This document shows, piece after piece, positions 46,795-64,000 of a DNA stretch of 64,000 nt. Where the stretch lies: assembly GCF_009914755.1 (NCBI RefSeq), contig NC_060944.1; one strand, 5' to 3'. Each line of letters starts with the position of its first letter. The first letter of the stretch is position 1. Under the pieces are notes generated by a model. It worked only from the letters and a program-made list of their open reading frames with translations, searched no databases and was not told the origin of the DNA. The translations under genes were made by a program, and so were the position numbers. This stretch comes from the human T2T-CHM13v2.0 reference genome, Homo sapiens.

Positions 46795-47827
46795 CTGAAG
46801 ATGAATGTGCAGAGACCCTGGCTAAGGAGCTGATTCAGTTGTCAGGCCACTGCAGGGAGTAACGTGCTGTTGCTACCTTTTTGTCTTAGTCAATTATCAT
46901 CTGTTTTACAGGCTCTCTATCCAGTTATCTCATCTCCCACCCCAGCATTCTAGAGTGTGACTACACAATGAGCCTGTGCTCAAAGAGCACAGTCTAAGGG
47001 AGCATCTGATAGGCTCTGGTCATAGATCTCTCCCATCTCTCCCAGCAGTTTCTTTGCTTTTCCTTTTCTTTCTTCTTTTTTTTTGAGACAGGGTCTCGTC
47101 ATTGTCTCCTAGGCTGGAGTCCAGTGGTGTGATCATAGCTCACTGTAATCTTGAACTCCTGGGCTCAAATGATCCTCCTACCTCAGCCCCCCAAGTAGCT
47201 TGGAGCACACATGCTTGCCATCATACCCAGCTAATTTTTAAATTTTTTGCAGAGATGGGGTCTCCCTATATTGCCCAAGCTGATCTCAAACTCCTGGGCT
47301 CAAGTGATCTTCCTGCCACAGCCTCCCAAAGTGCTGGGAATATAGGCATGAGCCACCATTCCCCGGCTCTCCCAGTACTTACTGATTATTTATTACCTCC
47401 AAGGCTATGCACTTCTTGAACATAATCCCTTTATTCTCCATGTTTATAAAACAACATGAAATCATAAAGGTCCTTGACATACTTCTCTATTCTGGACTGT
47501 CTCTCCCACCTAATGAAAGCTGTAGTCTTAAACACAAGGTCTTTTTAAGGTCAGGCAGGATGGCTCAGGTCTGTAATCCTAGCATTCTGGGAAGCCAAGG
47601 TGAGAGTATCACTTGAGGCCAGGAGTTCAAGACCAGTCTGAGCAACAGAGCAAGACCCCATCTCTACAAAAAATATATATATTTTCTAATTAGCCAGGCA
47701 CGGTGGCATGTGCCTGTAGTCCCAGCTACTCAGGAGGCTGAAGCGGGAAGATTGCTTCAGCCCAGGAGTTCGAGGTTACTGTGAGCTATAATCACGTCAC
47801 TGCACCCCAGCCTGGGTGACAAAGTAA

Positions 47828-48079
<252 letters not shown>

Positions 48080-48396
48080 TGATCCACCTGCCTCGGCCTC
48101 CTAAAGTGCTGGGATTACAGGCGTGAGCCACTGTGCCCAGCTGAGACCCTGCATCTTTAAAAAAAAAAAAAAAAAAGCCTTTTAAGAATGTAAGAGTTTA
48201 AGATATTACCATTATTTAATAACCAACTTTCACTTTTTTCTTGAGCCCTCTGACTTCAATAAATGTGTTGTCACTGGAATGACACGATCTGACTTGTCCC
48301 ATATTTCTAAACTTAACTAAATCATGCTAAATCACTAAATCATGATCATTTCATGCCTGTTACTATTTCTTCCTCTTTCTGGCTAGTCTGAACTAG

Positions 48397-48611
<215 letters not shown>

Positions 48612-48837
48612 TAGTAGAGATGGGGTTTCACCGTGTTAGCCAGGATGGTCTCGATCTCCTGACCTCATGATCCGCCCACCTCGGCCTCCCAAAGTGCTGG
48701 GATTACAGGCGTGAGCGACCGCGCCCGGCCCCAATATTTTTATTAGTATGAACTGTTATTGTTTCCAATAAGCAGGCTACTGTATGAGGCCTGGGTATAG
48801 TTTTTGTTATACAAGATTTTTGTTTGTTTGTTTTTGA

Positions 48838-48999
<162 letters not shown>

Positions 49000-49002
49000 T
49001 GA

Positions 49003-49143
<141 letters not shown>

Positions 49144-49716
49144 TAGTTTTGTATTTTCAATAGAGACGGGGTTTCTCCATGCTGGTCAGGCTGGTCTTGA
49201 ACTCCCGACCTCAGGTCATCTGCCCACCTCAGCCTCCCAAAGTGCTGGGATTACAGTTGTGAGCCACCAGACCTGGCCTAATTTTTGTATTTTTAGTAGA
49301 GACAGGGTTTCACCATGTTGGCCAGGCTGGTCTCGAACTCCTGATCTCAGGTGATCTACCCGCAGAATTATAAGCAATCTTTATTTTTATGCTTTTCTAA
49401 GTTTTCTAAATTTGTTTCTGATTATACACAAAATAAGTGTTATTTATCTAAAGCAATATATCATATACACATATAAATTACAGCATCTGTCTCAATGCTG
49501 TCTCTAATATACATATATGTATACTACACGTGTATATATGTATATCATATACATGTATATTAGAGAGTGTTGGGACAGATGCTATAGTTATCTGTAATAT
49601 ATCTATATAGTTTACATGTATGTGTGTGGATATATATACCCACACACACATATATATATACATATATACTCAACATAGTGAGACCCTCGTCTCTAAATAT
49701 ATATATATGTAATATC

Positions 49717-49717
<1 letters not shown>

Positions 49718-49752
<35 letters not shown>

Positions 49753-49768
49753 ATGTGTGTGTGTGTGT
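49718..49768. repeat. (TATC)n tetranucleotide STR plus (TG)n
   Basis: About 8 TATC units. Confidence 0.9.
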
Positions 49769-50286
49769 AATATATAGAGAGAAAGACTGGGGTCTCACTA
49801 TGTTGCCTAGGCTGGTCTCAAACTCCTGGGCTCAAGCAATCCGCTTGCCTCAGCCTCCCAAAGTGCTGGGACTACAGGCGCATGCCATCGTGCCCAGCTA
49901 ATTTTTTATTTTTTAATTTTTTGTAGAGAAGGGGGTCTCCCTATGTTGCTCAGGCTGTTCTCAAACTCCTGGGCTCACACAATTCTCCTGCATTAGCCTC
50001 CCAAAGCTCTGGGATTACAGGCATGAGCCATAGCACCCAGCCTTTCTGTTTGTATCAGAACAGAACTAAAAGTTCTATTTCACAAGGCCGGAACATGTTA
50101 CTATTTTAAAGCTTTACCCAAAGTATCAAGAATTTTTGCCAGACTATTTTTAAGCCTTAATATTAAAAAGTGACTCATAATTATATTTCTAAAACTCAAT
50201 TTCATATCTACAATTATATATATGTATGGAAAAAAAATCTCAAATGACATATGCCAAAATATTAACACTAGTGAAATAGCAGGTGA

Positions 50287-50586
<300 letters not shown>

Positions 50587-51612
50587 TGAACTCCTGACCT
50601 CGTGAACTCCTGACCTCAGCCTCCCAAAGTGCTGGGATTACAGGCGTTAGCCACCGCACCCCACTATATTCTAATTTTCTTACTTCGGAGGAGGTGCTGA
50701 ATTTGATGAAAATTAATACTTCTACACTTTGGGGCAGGAGTATACATGTATACATATACTATTTCTGGAGTTCCTCACCTTGAATTTTACTGTCACCCTC
50801 TCTCTAATGTTTTCCTTCTTGGTAAATTATATCAAATATTAACAGTAATCAAGCTCTACTGGTTCAACCTAGGATCCAAACCATAACTGAAGTTAGATCA
50901 AATTAAAAACAATCCAACCCAAACTTGACTGTCACTATTTATTAAAAAATAACGTAACTTATTGTTTTAGAGGAAAGGAGCCATTGCCTACAGTGAATGA
51001 CTGTATCAGCACTAGGCTGATAATGTTCTATATACAAAGTACCAAATAGTTATTACAAACGAGTTTGGAACTGAGATTCAGAAATCTGTAACTGTACTAT
51101 GAGCCTGACCCTTCCAAGGTGAGTCTCATCTGTTCTTCCAAGGAACCTCAGCTTTAAGGACAATTAATTCCTTACATTTCATTTCCCCTCTGGACATGTC
51201 CAGGTGGGAAAAAATGGGCAACGGATTCAGGAAGAATGGGGTTTTTCAATCCCAACCACTCAATGGCAAGTTATAAAACTTAATTCTTAATTTCCTGACT
51301 ATAAAACAGAAACAAGAAAAACCATCTTGGCCAGGTGTGGTGGCTCATGCCTGTAATCCCAGCACTTTGGGAGGCTGAGGTGGGTGAATCATTTGAGGTC
51401 AGGGGTTCGAGACCATCCTGACCAACATGGTGAAACCCCGTCTCTACTAAAAATTAAAAAAAATTAGCCAGGTGTGGTGGCGGGCTCCTGTAATCCCAGC
51501 TACTTGGAGGCTGAGGCAGGAGAATCGCTTGAATCCAGGAGGCAGAGGCTGCAGTGAGCCAGTATCAACGCCACTGCACTCCAGCCTGGGCGACTGAGCA
51601 AGACTCTGTCTC

Positions 51613-51647
<35 letters not shown>

Positions 51648-53262
51648 GAAAAAAAACCCATCTTGTAATATTGCTCTAAGTATTGAAGATACTGTATGTT
51701 TAGTAGGTACCCTACAGTAGGTACTCAAATTATTATAACTGGTTTGCTTATAAATAGTTCTTTCTTCTGATGCTAATGCTTAGAGATTCCACTGTACTTA
51801 ACATAAAACGCATATTTGAAAATAACTATTTGCTGGGGGGTATACAGGTTGGCTGAATACTGGAAGCAAGGACGTTGCCAGCACCCTCCTTTACTGCTAG
51901 TACCCTCTGGGTCTACTTCATGTCACTTCTGTTACTGCTATGGCATCTATCCCAAAAGTGGGAGGGTCAGGCTGCCCAGCTTATAAGGTTTCCAGTTCCA
52001 TGTACTTATTTCTTACTCCCATGTTTTCTTTTTCTTATTTATTTATTATTATTTTTTTGAGACAGAGTCCCACTCTGTTGCCCAGGCTGAAGTGTGGTGG
52101 TGTTAGCTCACTGCAACTTCTGCCTCCCAGGTTCAAGCAATTCTCCCACCTCAGCCTCCTGAGTAGCTGGGATTACAGGCACGCACCATCACGTCCAGCT
52201 AATTTTTGTATTTTTAGTAGAGATGGGGTTTCACTGCGTTGGCCAGGCTGGTCTTGAACACTTGACCTCAGGTGATCTGCCCACCTCAGCCTCCCAAAGT
52301 GCTGAGATTACAGGCATGAGCCACTGTGTCCGGTCCTTAGTCCCATTTCTTTCAGGACCAGTCAACAGATAGAAGAGGTAGATGGAGAACTGCTGGTTCA
52401 TTTTACTGATTTTCAAACTGGCAACAGAGGTGATGCAAAAGCAGACCAGGAAGAACAGTTTCATTTAGAAAACACTAATGAGTCAAGTTGAATTTTGCAT
52501 TTCCAAACATAAACCCAAGAGAAATCTGCATATTGTATTCATAACAATTTAGGGAAAGATTTCTTTTAGGGAAAGATTTTACTGTCAAGAAATCTCTCCT
52601 CCATCTGCCCTTCTCCTATCTTCTCTGCGGTAAGGTAGCAACCCTCCATTTGCCACCTATGACAAATGAGGTTTCCAATATCATGTGAGGAAAAGAGATC
52701 TTAATCACAAAGAAACAGCTCTATTCAGTAACCTACAATCATAAAACAGGTACCTGGCAGGCAATTTCTGAACACGATAGCAAATCAGTTTTTTTGTTTG
52801 TTTGTTTGTTTTTGAGATGGAGTCTTACTCTATGACCCAGGCTGGAGTGCAGTAGCACGATCTCGGCTCACTGAACCTCTGCCTCCTGAGTTCAAGTGAT
52901 TCTCCTGCCTCAGCCTCCTGAGTAGCTGGCATTACAAGCATGCACCACCACGCTTGGCTAATTTTTGTATTTTTAGTAGGATGAGTTTTCACCATGTTGG
53001 CCGGTATGGTCTCAAACTCCTGACCTCAAGTGATCTGTCTGCCTTGGCCTCTCAAAGTGCTGGAATTATAGGTATGAGCCCCCATGCCAGTGGCCAACAA
53101 TTGCAAATCATTTTAAGTGAACTTGATCCAATGACCAAACGAACATTAAGGACTCATTATTAGCTATAATGAGAGATCCACTTCTACAAGACCACCACCA
53201 CAGGAAAGGAAACACTGCAGAGATCCTGTACAGAGCCTCCTTCTTGCTTGTACAGTCCTTAC

Positions 53263-53298
53263 CTGACAGTCAAAGTCCTGGAAGTTTCTTGTACCATT
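53263..53298 (-). CDS. NDRG3: NDRG3 exon 3 (36-nt cassette exon): NGTRNFQDFDCQ
   Basis: ttctgtcttctgttgacag|AATGGT...TGTCAG|gtaagg; phase 0/0; skipped in the shorter NDRG3 isoform (recalled). Confidence 0.96.
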
Positions 53299-54019
53299 CT
53301 GTCAACAGAAGACAGAAAACACAGTCAGTTTCCCCACATGGTTTCCCCACATGTGCAGCACATTCAGTTCACAGTGACAGCAGTGCATGTGCAGCCTCTT
53401 GGTTGCCATAAAACTGAAATAGTTCTCATCAGAAGGTTTCAGAGGCAGAGTGGGTTATGAACATGTGTTAATAAAGGCCAAATCTTCAGAGGTGAGATTA
53501 TGCTTTAGTGGGCTTATGAGAAGATAAAGGAAAGGGGCCTAGTTTTCTAGCAAGCTTGTAACTTCTTGCCTTCCTACCTAAGGAGAGCGGTGAGAATTTG
53601 CAGGAAGAGGGTAAAACATGGACCACAGTCTGGAAGCACACCTTGAACACACAAGGGAAGTACCTGGGAGGAAAGGAGTTGGAGACCAAAGCTGAGAAAG
53701 GTGAAGGAGAACAGGTGCAGAACCAGGAATTAAATAAAGGATCAGGAAGAGGACAAAGATATGGATGGATCAGAAATGAAAGCCTTGAAATCTAACAGAG
53801 AAGAAAGGCAGTGTTACTGAAGGAGGGAAAGAAAGACAAAACAAGGTTCTTAATACACTGGCCTATCTGTTGCATCCTATGAAATCGCTGATAGGGAAAA
53901 AGGACAAGTCATTGAATCATTTAAAAAGTCAAACACAGTCAAAAAATCGATGGAGAATTCACCAAGCTTCTAAAAAGGGATTATATTATAATAATGACTG
54001 ATTGAGGAAAAAAAAATCA

Positions 54020-54481
<462 letters not shown>

Positions 54482-55061
54482 TTATGTAGAAACTGATTTA
54501 TCACAACTATTTATTCTGTCTCTACAATGACTTCTAGAAGGTTCCTAACAGCTTCCCAAAAGCTGCCCCTCCAGAGATACTCCAGATATCTGATCCCCAA
54601 AAAATACTGAGTAGTCCCATCTCCCTTCAAGATGATCCTCCTAGAAATAGTTCTTCAGGGCCGGGCACGGTGACTTATGCCTGTAATCCTAGCACTTTGG
54701 GAGGCTGAGGGAAGTGGATCACCCAAGGTCAGGAGTTTGAGACCAGCCTGGCCAACATGGTGAAACCTCATCTCTACTAAAAAACTACAAAAATTAGCCG
54801 GGCATGGAGGCGCCTGTAATCCCAGCTACTTGAGAGGCTGAGGCAAGAGAATCACTTGAACCCAGGAGGCAGAGGTTGCGGTGAGCCGATATTGAGCCAT
54901 TGCGTGTCAGCCTGGGTGTCAGAGCGAGACTCCGTCTCAAAAAAAAAAAAAAAAAAAGAAAAAGAAAAAAAGAAATAGTTCTTTGGGATCCCACCAACTA
55001 CACTGCTGGCTGGACAAAAGAGAGGTTAAAAAGCACAGCCCAAGCCGGGCGCGGTGGCTCA

Positions 55062-55604
<543 letters not shown>

Positions 55605-56409
55605 ATCTGGAAGCCAAAAGCTTCTGAAGGAATAACGTTATGAAAGAGCAGCCCCTGACTTTCTAAAGGTGGCAGTAAAGTCACAACAGATTACCAATCA
55701 TAGAGAGACTGCAGATGCCACTGAGAATGGGCAAGAGAATGGTAGAGACAGTAAAATATTATTCCTAACACGAAACCGAATTCACAAAAAGTCTGATACA
55801 GTCACAGTATGGAAAGACAACTAAGATACTGTGCAGATGGGACTGGGCAGCACATTTCCAAGGAATGTTGCTATTGATTAAAAGGAGCATAATGTTCCAT
55901 GGCTCCTACTAGCCCTAAGAAATGTCTGAGGACTTCTTCAGAGAAATCATTGTGTTTAATTTACAGATAGACTATGAGAAGCAAAAGAAAGGGTCCTCTC
56001 ATGGATTAGGATAGATGGTTTTTGTAGGATATAAATGGCCAGCCAGTGAGTTTCTGGTTCCTGATTCAACTTGTACCTTCCTCCAAATATAGCACAGGGC
56101 CTGGTGTAAATCAGGTGCTTGATACAGATTTATAAAACAAATAAGCCAATATAAAAAAATTAAATGTTGAGGAAATTCTGTTAAAATTTTGGGTTAAAAA
56201 AAAAAACTTCTACTGCATTCCAGCTTAAGATATGTATGGTTAGTAAGAGGGAAAAGAAAGTAGGATACAAAATAGTCTTTACAGTTTGACCTTGGCTACA
56301 TTAAAATATGCATTAAAAAAGACTAAAAGGCCGGGCACAGTGGCTCATGCCTATAATCCTATCACTTTGGGAGGCTGAGGCAGGCAGATCACTTGAGCTC
56401 AGGAGTTCA

Positions 56410-56739
<330 letters not shown>

Positions 56740-56880
56740 TTAGAAAACTAGAAAAAAAGGGTCTAGAAAACCCTAAAAAAATACCCAATTTAGTATTTTG
56801 TAATATAAGATTTAAAGGGCCAGGTGCGTTGGCTCATGCCTGTAATCCCAGCACTTTGGGAAGCCGAGGCGGATAGATCA

Positions 56881-57306
<426 letters not shown>

Positions 57307-57369
57307 TCACCCGTATAATCCCAGCACTTTGGGAGTCCGGGGCGGGTGGATCACGAGGTCAAGAGATCA

Positions 57370-57630
<261 letters not shown>

Positions 57631-58818
57631 CTAACCTTTTAAGGAATGATTTATAATGATGCCTAAACAGACCATATTAGGGCTTCAATCTAACAGAATT
57701 CCCAAAGGTTCCTTTAGGGATTATTTTAAGATTAGAAAAAATCACTCTAGATTGAATTAAAATCTCATAGAATATAGAGCCACAAATTCTGACGAGCTCT
57801 TTGGGAAGCAGCTGTCATTGTATCCATGAATTCTCCCTTCTTACAATGATGTGACCATGACCATGAGGCATTCTGTAAAGCCCTCGGTCCCTGACATGAG
57901 CACAAAGGGGCATGCCAAAAGCAGAAAGCCAATGCCCTCAAGAACCTCAAGCTATGTCTTATTTGTTGAGTACCGAGCAAAAAACAACTCTGTGTTCTCA
58001 ATCCCATGTTCCTAGCTATACTCCCAGATAAAAGGTACCAATAACTGAGTGAAGACTATTTAGCACTTGTTTTCCTGGCTGTTTTTTTGAGACGGAGTCT
58101 CGCTTTGTCGCCCAGGCTGCAGTTGCAGTGGCACGATCTTGGCTCACTGCAAGCTCCGCCTCCTGGGTTCACGCCATTCTCCTGCCTCAGCCTCCCAAGC
58201 AGCTGGGACTATAGGCACCCGCCACTGCGCCCGGCTAATTTTTTGTATTTTTAGTAGAGACGGGGTTTCACCATGTTAGCCAGGATGGTCTCGATCTCCT
58301 GACCTCGTGATCTGCCCACCTCGGTCTCCAAAGTGCTGGGATTACAGGGGATTACAGGTGTGAGCCACCGCACCTGGTTGTTTTTTTGTTTTTTTTGTTG
58401 TTGTTTTTTTTTGAGAGCGATCCCAGACCCTCTTGAAGAATGGCTTCTAGCTTCATGAGTAATCACCCTGGAAAATGGGAATGACTGGGTCTATTTGACA
58501 GTAACTGGCTCCAGAGTTTCTGAATGGGGATCATTAGCTGGTCCTTCACTCAACTGTGATTAACTGAGGCCATATTATTTATTCTCTGTACTCATTAAAA
58601 GTTCAGTACTGCTCATTGGGGGCATTCTAAAAGGCTGAGTACCTTCTGGGGCCCTTCCCTAGAGACTTGTTTCTTTTTCTTTTTCTTTTTTTTTTTTTTT
58701 TTCCTGAGATAGGGTCTCGCTCTGTCAGCCAGCCTGGAATGCAGTCGCATGATCACAACTCACTGCAGCATTGACCTCCCAGGCTCAAACGATCCTCCTG
58801 CTTCAGCCACTTGAGTAG

Positions 58819-59208
<390 letters not shown>

Positions 59209-60424
59209 TGAGACAGAGTCTTGCTTTGTCACCCAGGCTGGAGTTGCAGTGGCATGATCATAGCTCAGTGCAGCCTTGACCTCTGGGCTCAAGCAATCCT
59301 CCTGCCTCAGTTTGTTTGTCTCTGATGTTCACAGTATATGGTTCCACTCTAACAAAACTTCTAGAAATTTCAGGCTATGGGTGCTTTCTTTTTTTCTGTC
59401 CATTTTGAAGATGCCATTAATTCCATATTCAGAGAAATTCTTACACTAAGCAGACTTAAGCAGCAGAAAGGGATTCAAGGAAAAAATTAAAACAACAGAA
59501 TAATTTGAAGAGGAAAAAAATCAAGGAAAGCCATTAATTATTACTGAAAGTTGCAGTCAAAGTAGAAGCCAGCTAAGAGGAATGTTTTCTGATGGAGCTT
59601 AGTGGCCATATGTAAAAGGTAAATAAAGCAACCCAAGAAGGTAAATTAAAGCAAGCAAGCCTCACAGTTACAAGCTTAGAGAATAAGCAAAAAGAAACTA
59701 GGAACGGGTCAATGATTAAAGTGAATTATGAAAAAAAAGGGGGGTGTGAAAAGCAGAAATGTTTCAAAAACAAGTCATTGCTAGGGAGAAGAGAGATGTA
59801 GTTTCCTAACATGAGATCTGGTCAAAAGGCATCAATAGTTTCAAAAGACAGAAGCAACAGACATAATGTAAAGAAAGATGAGATAGTTGAAAGATGAGAT
59901 AGATAAGACCTTAGACCAACTATCAATAGAAAGAGATTTTGGGTGAATTTACCTGTTCTGTGAATTTAAAGGAAAGGTCCATTTCTGATTCACCATTCTA
60001 TTCCTGGTCCTGACACTTAATGAGTGCAATAAACATCATTTTGTAGAGGTTATGAACCTCTCAAAATAGAGATACTTGATTTGAGGAAGAAACGAATACC
60101 AAAGAGGAAAGGTTACACGTAATTGACATGCTAGGGACTAAAGTGGAGAAAATGAGTTGGTGCAATAGTAAAAGCTTTTAGAAATAAGCTGATAAAAAAC
60201 TGTTAAAGAGAATAAAATATGACTTTGTATTAAAAAGCCATACACAAAAAAGATAATCCTTCCCTACAAAAAGTGGAAACAAAGATGGGGGATTGTACAA
60301 GCAAGAAGAGTTACATATGCTCAGAAAATACTCAGTTTTTCTTTAATAATAAAGATTCATATAATCAACTAGTATAATAAATCGGTGTATTAAAATCATC
60401 AGCAGGGCCGTGCGCGGTGGCTCA

Positions 60425-60730
<306 letters not shown>

Positions 60731-60870
60731 TCATTTTCTTCTTTTTTTTTTTTTTTTAGACAGAGTTTCGCTCTTGTTGCCCAGGCTGGAGTGCAATAGC
60801 GCGATCTCGACTCAGAGCAACCTCCGCCTCCTGGGTTCAAGCCATTCTCCTGCCTCAGCCTCCAGAGTAG

Positions 60871-61259
<389 letters not shown>

Positions 61260-61280
61260 TAAGAATGAAAATCCTATATC

Positions 61281-61351
<71 letters not shown>
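61281..61351. repeat. (TG)n(TA)n microsatellite
   Basis: About 11 TG followed by about 24 TA. Confidence 0.93.
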
Positions 61352-61356
<5 letters not shown>

Positions 61357-62536
61357 TTAAGTATCTATAGCAATCATTACCTTCAAAATATACTAAGAAA
61401 CAGACTTCATAAAGAAATTTATAAAGAGGTTGGATACTTGGATAAAACTATCTACAATCAGATAATCCTCTGCAGATTGCTGAAAAAGTACAATTTCCAC
61501 TCTAAAAATCCCATGGGCACTCTGCTAAGGTGTGGCTAAGATGTGGATCTCTTGCCTCCTGTAACTGGTTGAGGGTCATCTGGTCTGTAACGGTGGCATC
61601 ACTACCTGCTTCGGAACCCATTTCTTGCTGCAGTCCCGTCTAGAGCACTTCTGACAACAGATGTAACCATCATGTCTTAGTACATTAAGGGACACCCACT
61701 CTAGTCCACACTAGATGTAGCAATTCATGAATATTCTTTGATGAAAATGTCAATAAATCTATTTTTAATTACAGCTGTTTCTTCTTTTCTCTCTCTCCCC
61801 CTAGGTTTTTTTTTTTTTTAAACAACCTTGGAGCTGGGTGCGGTAGCTCATGCCTATAATACCAGCACTTTGGGAGGCCGAGGCAGGAGGATTGCTTGAG
61901 CTCAGGAGTTTGAGATCAGCGTGGGCAACAAAGTGAGACCTCTTCTCTACAAATAACTTAAAAATTGGCCAGGCATGGTGGGCACACCTGTGGTCCCAAC
62001 TACTTGGGAGGCTAAGGTAGCCTCCCAAGTAGGTGGGAATTGCTTGAACCCAGGTGGTAGAGACTGCAGCAAGCCATGGCCATGCCACTGTACTCTAACC
62101 TGGATGACAGAGACCCTGTCTCAAATAAAAAAAAGATCCTGGGGCCAGGCACAGTGGCTCACGCCTGTAATCCCAGCACTTTGGGAGGCCGAGATGGGTG
62201 GATGGCTTGAGCCCCAGAGTTTCAACATGGCAAAGCTCCGTCTCTAAAAAAATACAAAACGTAGCCAGGCATGGTGGCAAGAGCTACTCAGGAGGCTGAG
62301 GCAGGAGAATCACTTGAGCCCAGGAGGCTGCAATAAGCCATGATTGTGCCACTGGACTCCAGCCTGGGCAACAGAGCAAGCCCTTGGCATAAACGCTTTG
62401 GCTGTCTCTGTTGTCCTGGAGGTTACAAAATGTTGTTCCCAGGGTTCTCCCTCCTCTAGTTCTAACACCCTCCTCCCTCCTCTGCTTACATGTTGTGATT
62501 AGTAGAAAAGGAAAACTTAAACTGCAGTAAGATTTA

Positions 62537-62854
<318 letters not shown>

Positions 62855-63179
62855 TCACTTTCTACTGTAACAACCAAAACAAAGTATATAACTTTTTTCT
62901 GTTCTCTCTACTAAACATTTATTCCCCTTTCTGCTATTTCCTCAATTCTTCAGAAGCCAAGTGTGGCCTTCTACTTGTTTTCTCAAGCCTCACCTTTGGC
63001 TTTCACAGGGTTCAGTAGTATCTGAACCTAGTAGGTAGAGGAAGGCAGGGAAAATGAGGCAAAACAGTCTACTCTCCTGTTTATTACAAGGTCTTTTGGG
63101 TGAGGAGCCTGGAACAACCAGGTACAAGAGGCAGTAGATGGTGGGAAGAACCCTAGACCCCCAGGTCCAGGTCAAAGTC

Positions 63180-64000
63180 AAAAGATGTAGGTTCTAGCCT
63201 GGCTTCACCAACTTAACAGACACTAGCTCTGAACAAATCAGATAACCTCTCAGTGTCATCTGTAAAATAGAGTTAAAATATCTTCAACTATTTACAAGAG
63301 ACTGGAAGATTAAAATAAGATATTATTGGTGAAAGTGCTCTGAAAATAGTTAAATGCTATTTTAAAAATCATTTCATATGCCCATGCAATTTCTGTCCCG
63401 CAAAACAAAGTACTGGTGGTTGCTTCTTTTCATCACTAGAGCCAAAACAAGTATGACAAAATTATCCACTTCTTGACAATTCTGAGCCGTAGACAAAATT
63501 ACAGGCATACTAAAATAAAATGGGAAAAGTACCAACAAATGACAAGAGACAACATAAGCCTTGCTCAAAGCTATATTGAGAATGCCTCCTTACAAGTCAT
63601 CTCAGGACAAATTTCACGGTAAAAGGTTGGTTCTAGTCTTCCTTTAGCTTCCTGAAGCCTGGAGGATGCAGCAATGTCTTCAGTATATTTATGAGAATAA
63701 TGGACAGAAGGATAAGGTGAAATACTACACATTTTTAGGCTTCTCCTTAAAGAGACAGGGTAAGCCACAAAGGTGATGCCAAAACATCTATAGGATTAAC
63801 ACAGTGGAAACAGCTCAGGTTTTAAGAGTAGGAAAGACTTTGGTTTCTGTCTGGCTTTGCCACTTCTTTACTGGGCAAACCAGCCTTTCATTCGGATTTT
63901 TAATCTGTGAAGTAGGAATAATACTATCTATCTCAAAGGGATATTCTGAGAGAGAGAATGTATGTAAAGCACTTGGCACATAAGAGATAATAAATCATAG
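63180..64000 (+). mobile_element. Two MIR relics (about 63180-63360 and 63800-64000)
   Basis: MIR core motifs CATCTGTAAAATAG and TGTAAAGCACTTGGCACATA. Confidence 0.65.

Overview
Primate (almost certainly human) genomic DNA covering most of the NDRG3 gene on the minus strand. I read 14 coding exons by hand. All have canonical AG acceptors and, where the donor is in the window, GT donors, and their phases chain into one open frame from exon 3 (NGTRNFQDFDCQ, 53263-53298) to the start of the last exon (IPSASMTRLARSR, 1-38). The ATG exon and promoter lie beyond the right edge, and the stop codon and 3'UTR lie beyond the left edge. The introns are very Alu-rich (roughly 80 copies or fragments). They also contain a MER52 solo LTR, a MER11A solo LTR, an internally deleted Tigger2 with nested insertions, MER1A, MER3, MER5, an MLT1 relic, a Y1 RNA retropseudogene, L1/L2/MIR relics, a 14 x 43-bp VNTR and several microsatellites. 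Almost all ORFs in the supplied track are repeat artefacts. The most interesting extras are a 39-nt in-frame cassette exon (1138-1176), a candidate 66-nt in-frame exon or alternative start exon (46729-46794), the polarised VNTR, a 114-bp locally templated copy inserted at an Alu head, and a young AluY that brackets exon 13 in an inverted Alu pair. I see no prokaryote-type system such as CRISPR. Gene and repeat names come from recall of consensus sequences, not from a search, and repeat boundaries are approximate.
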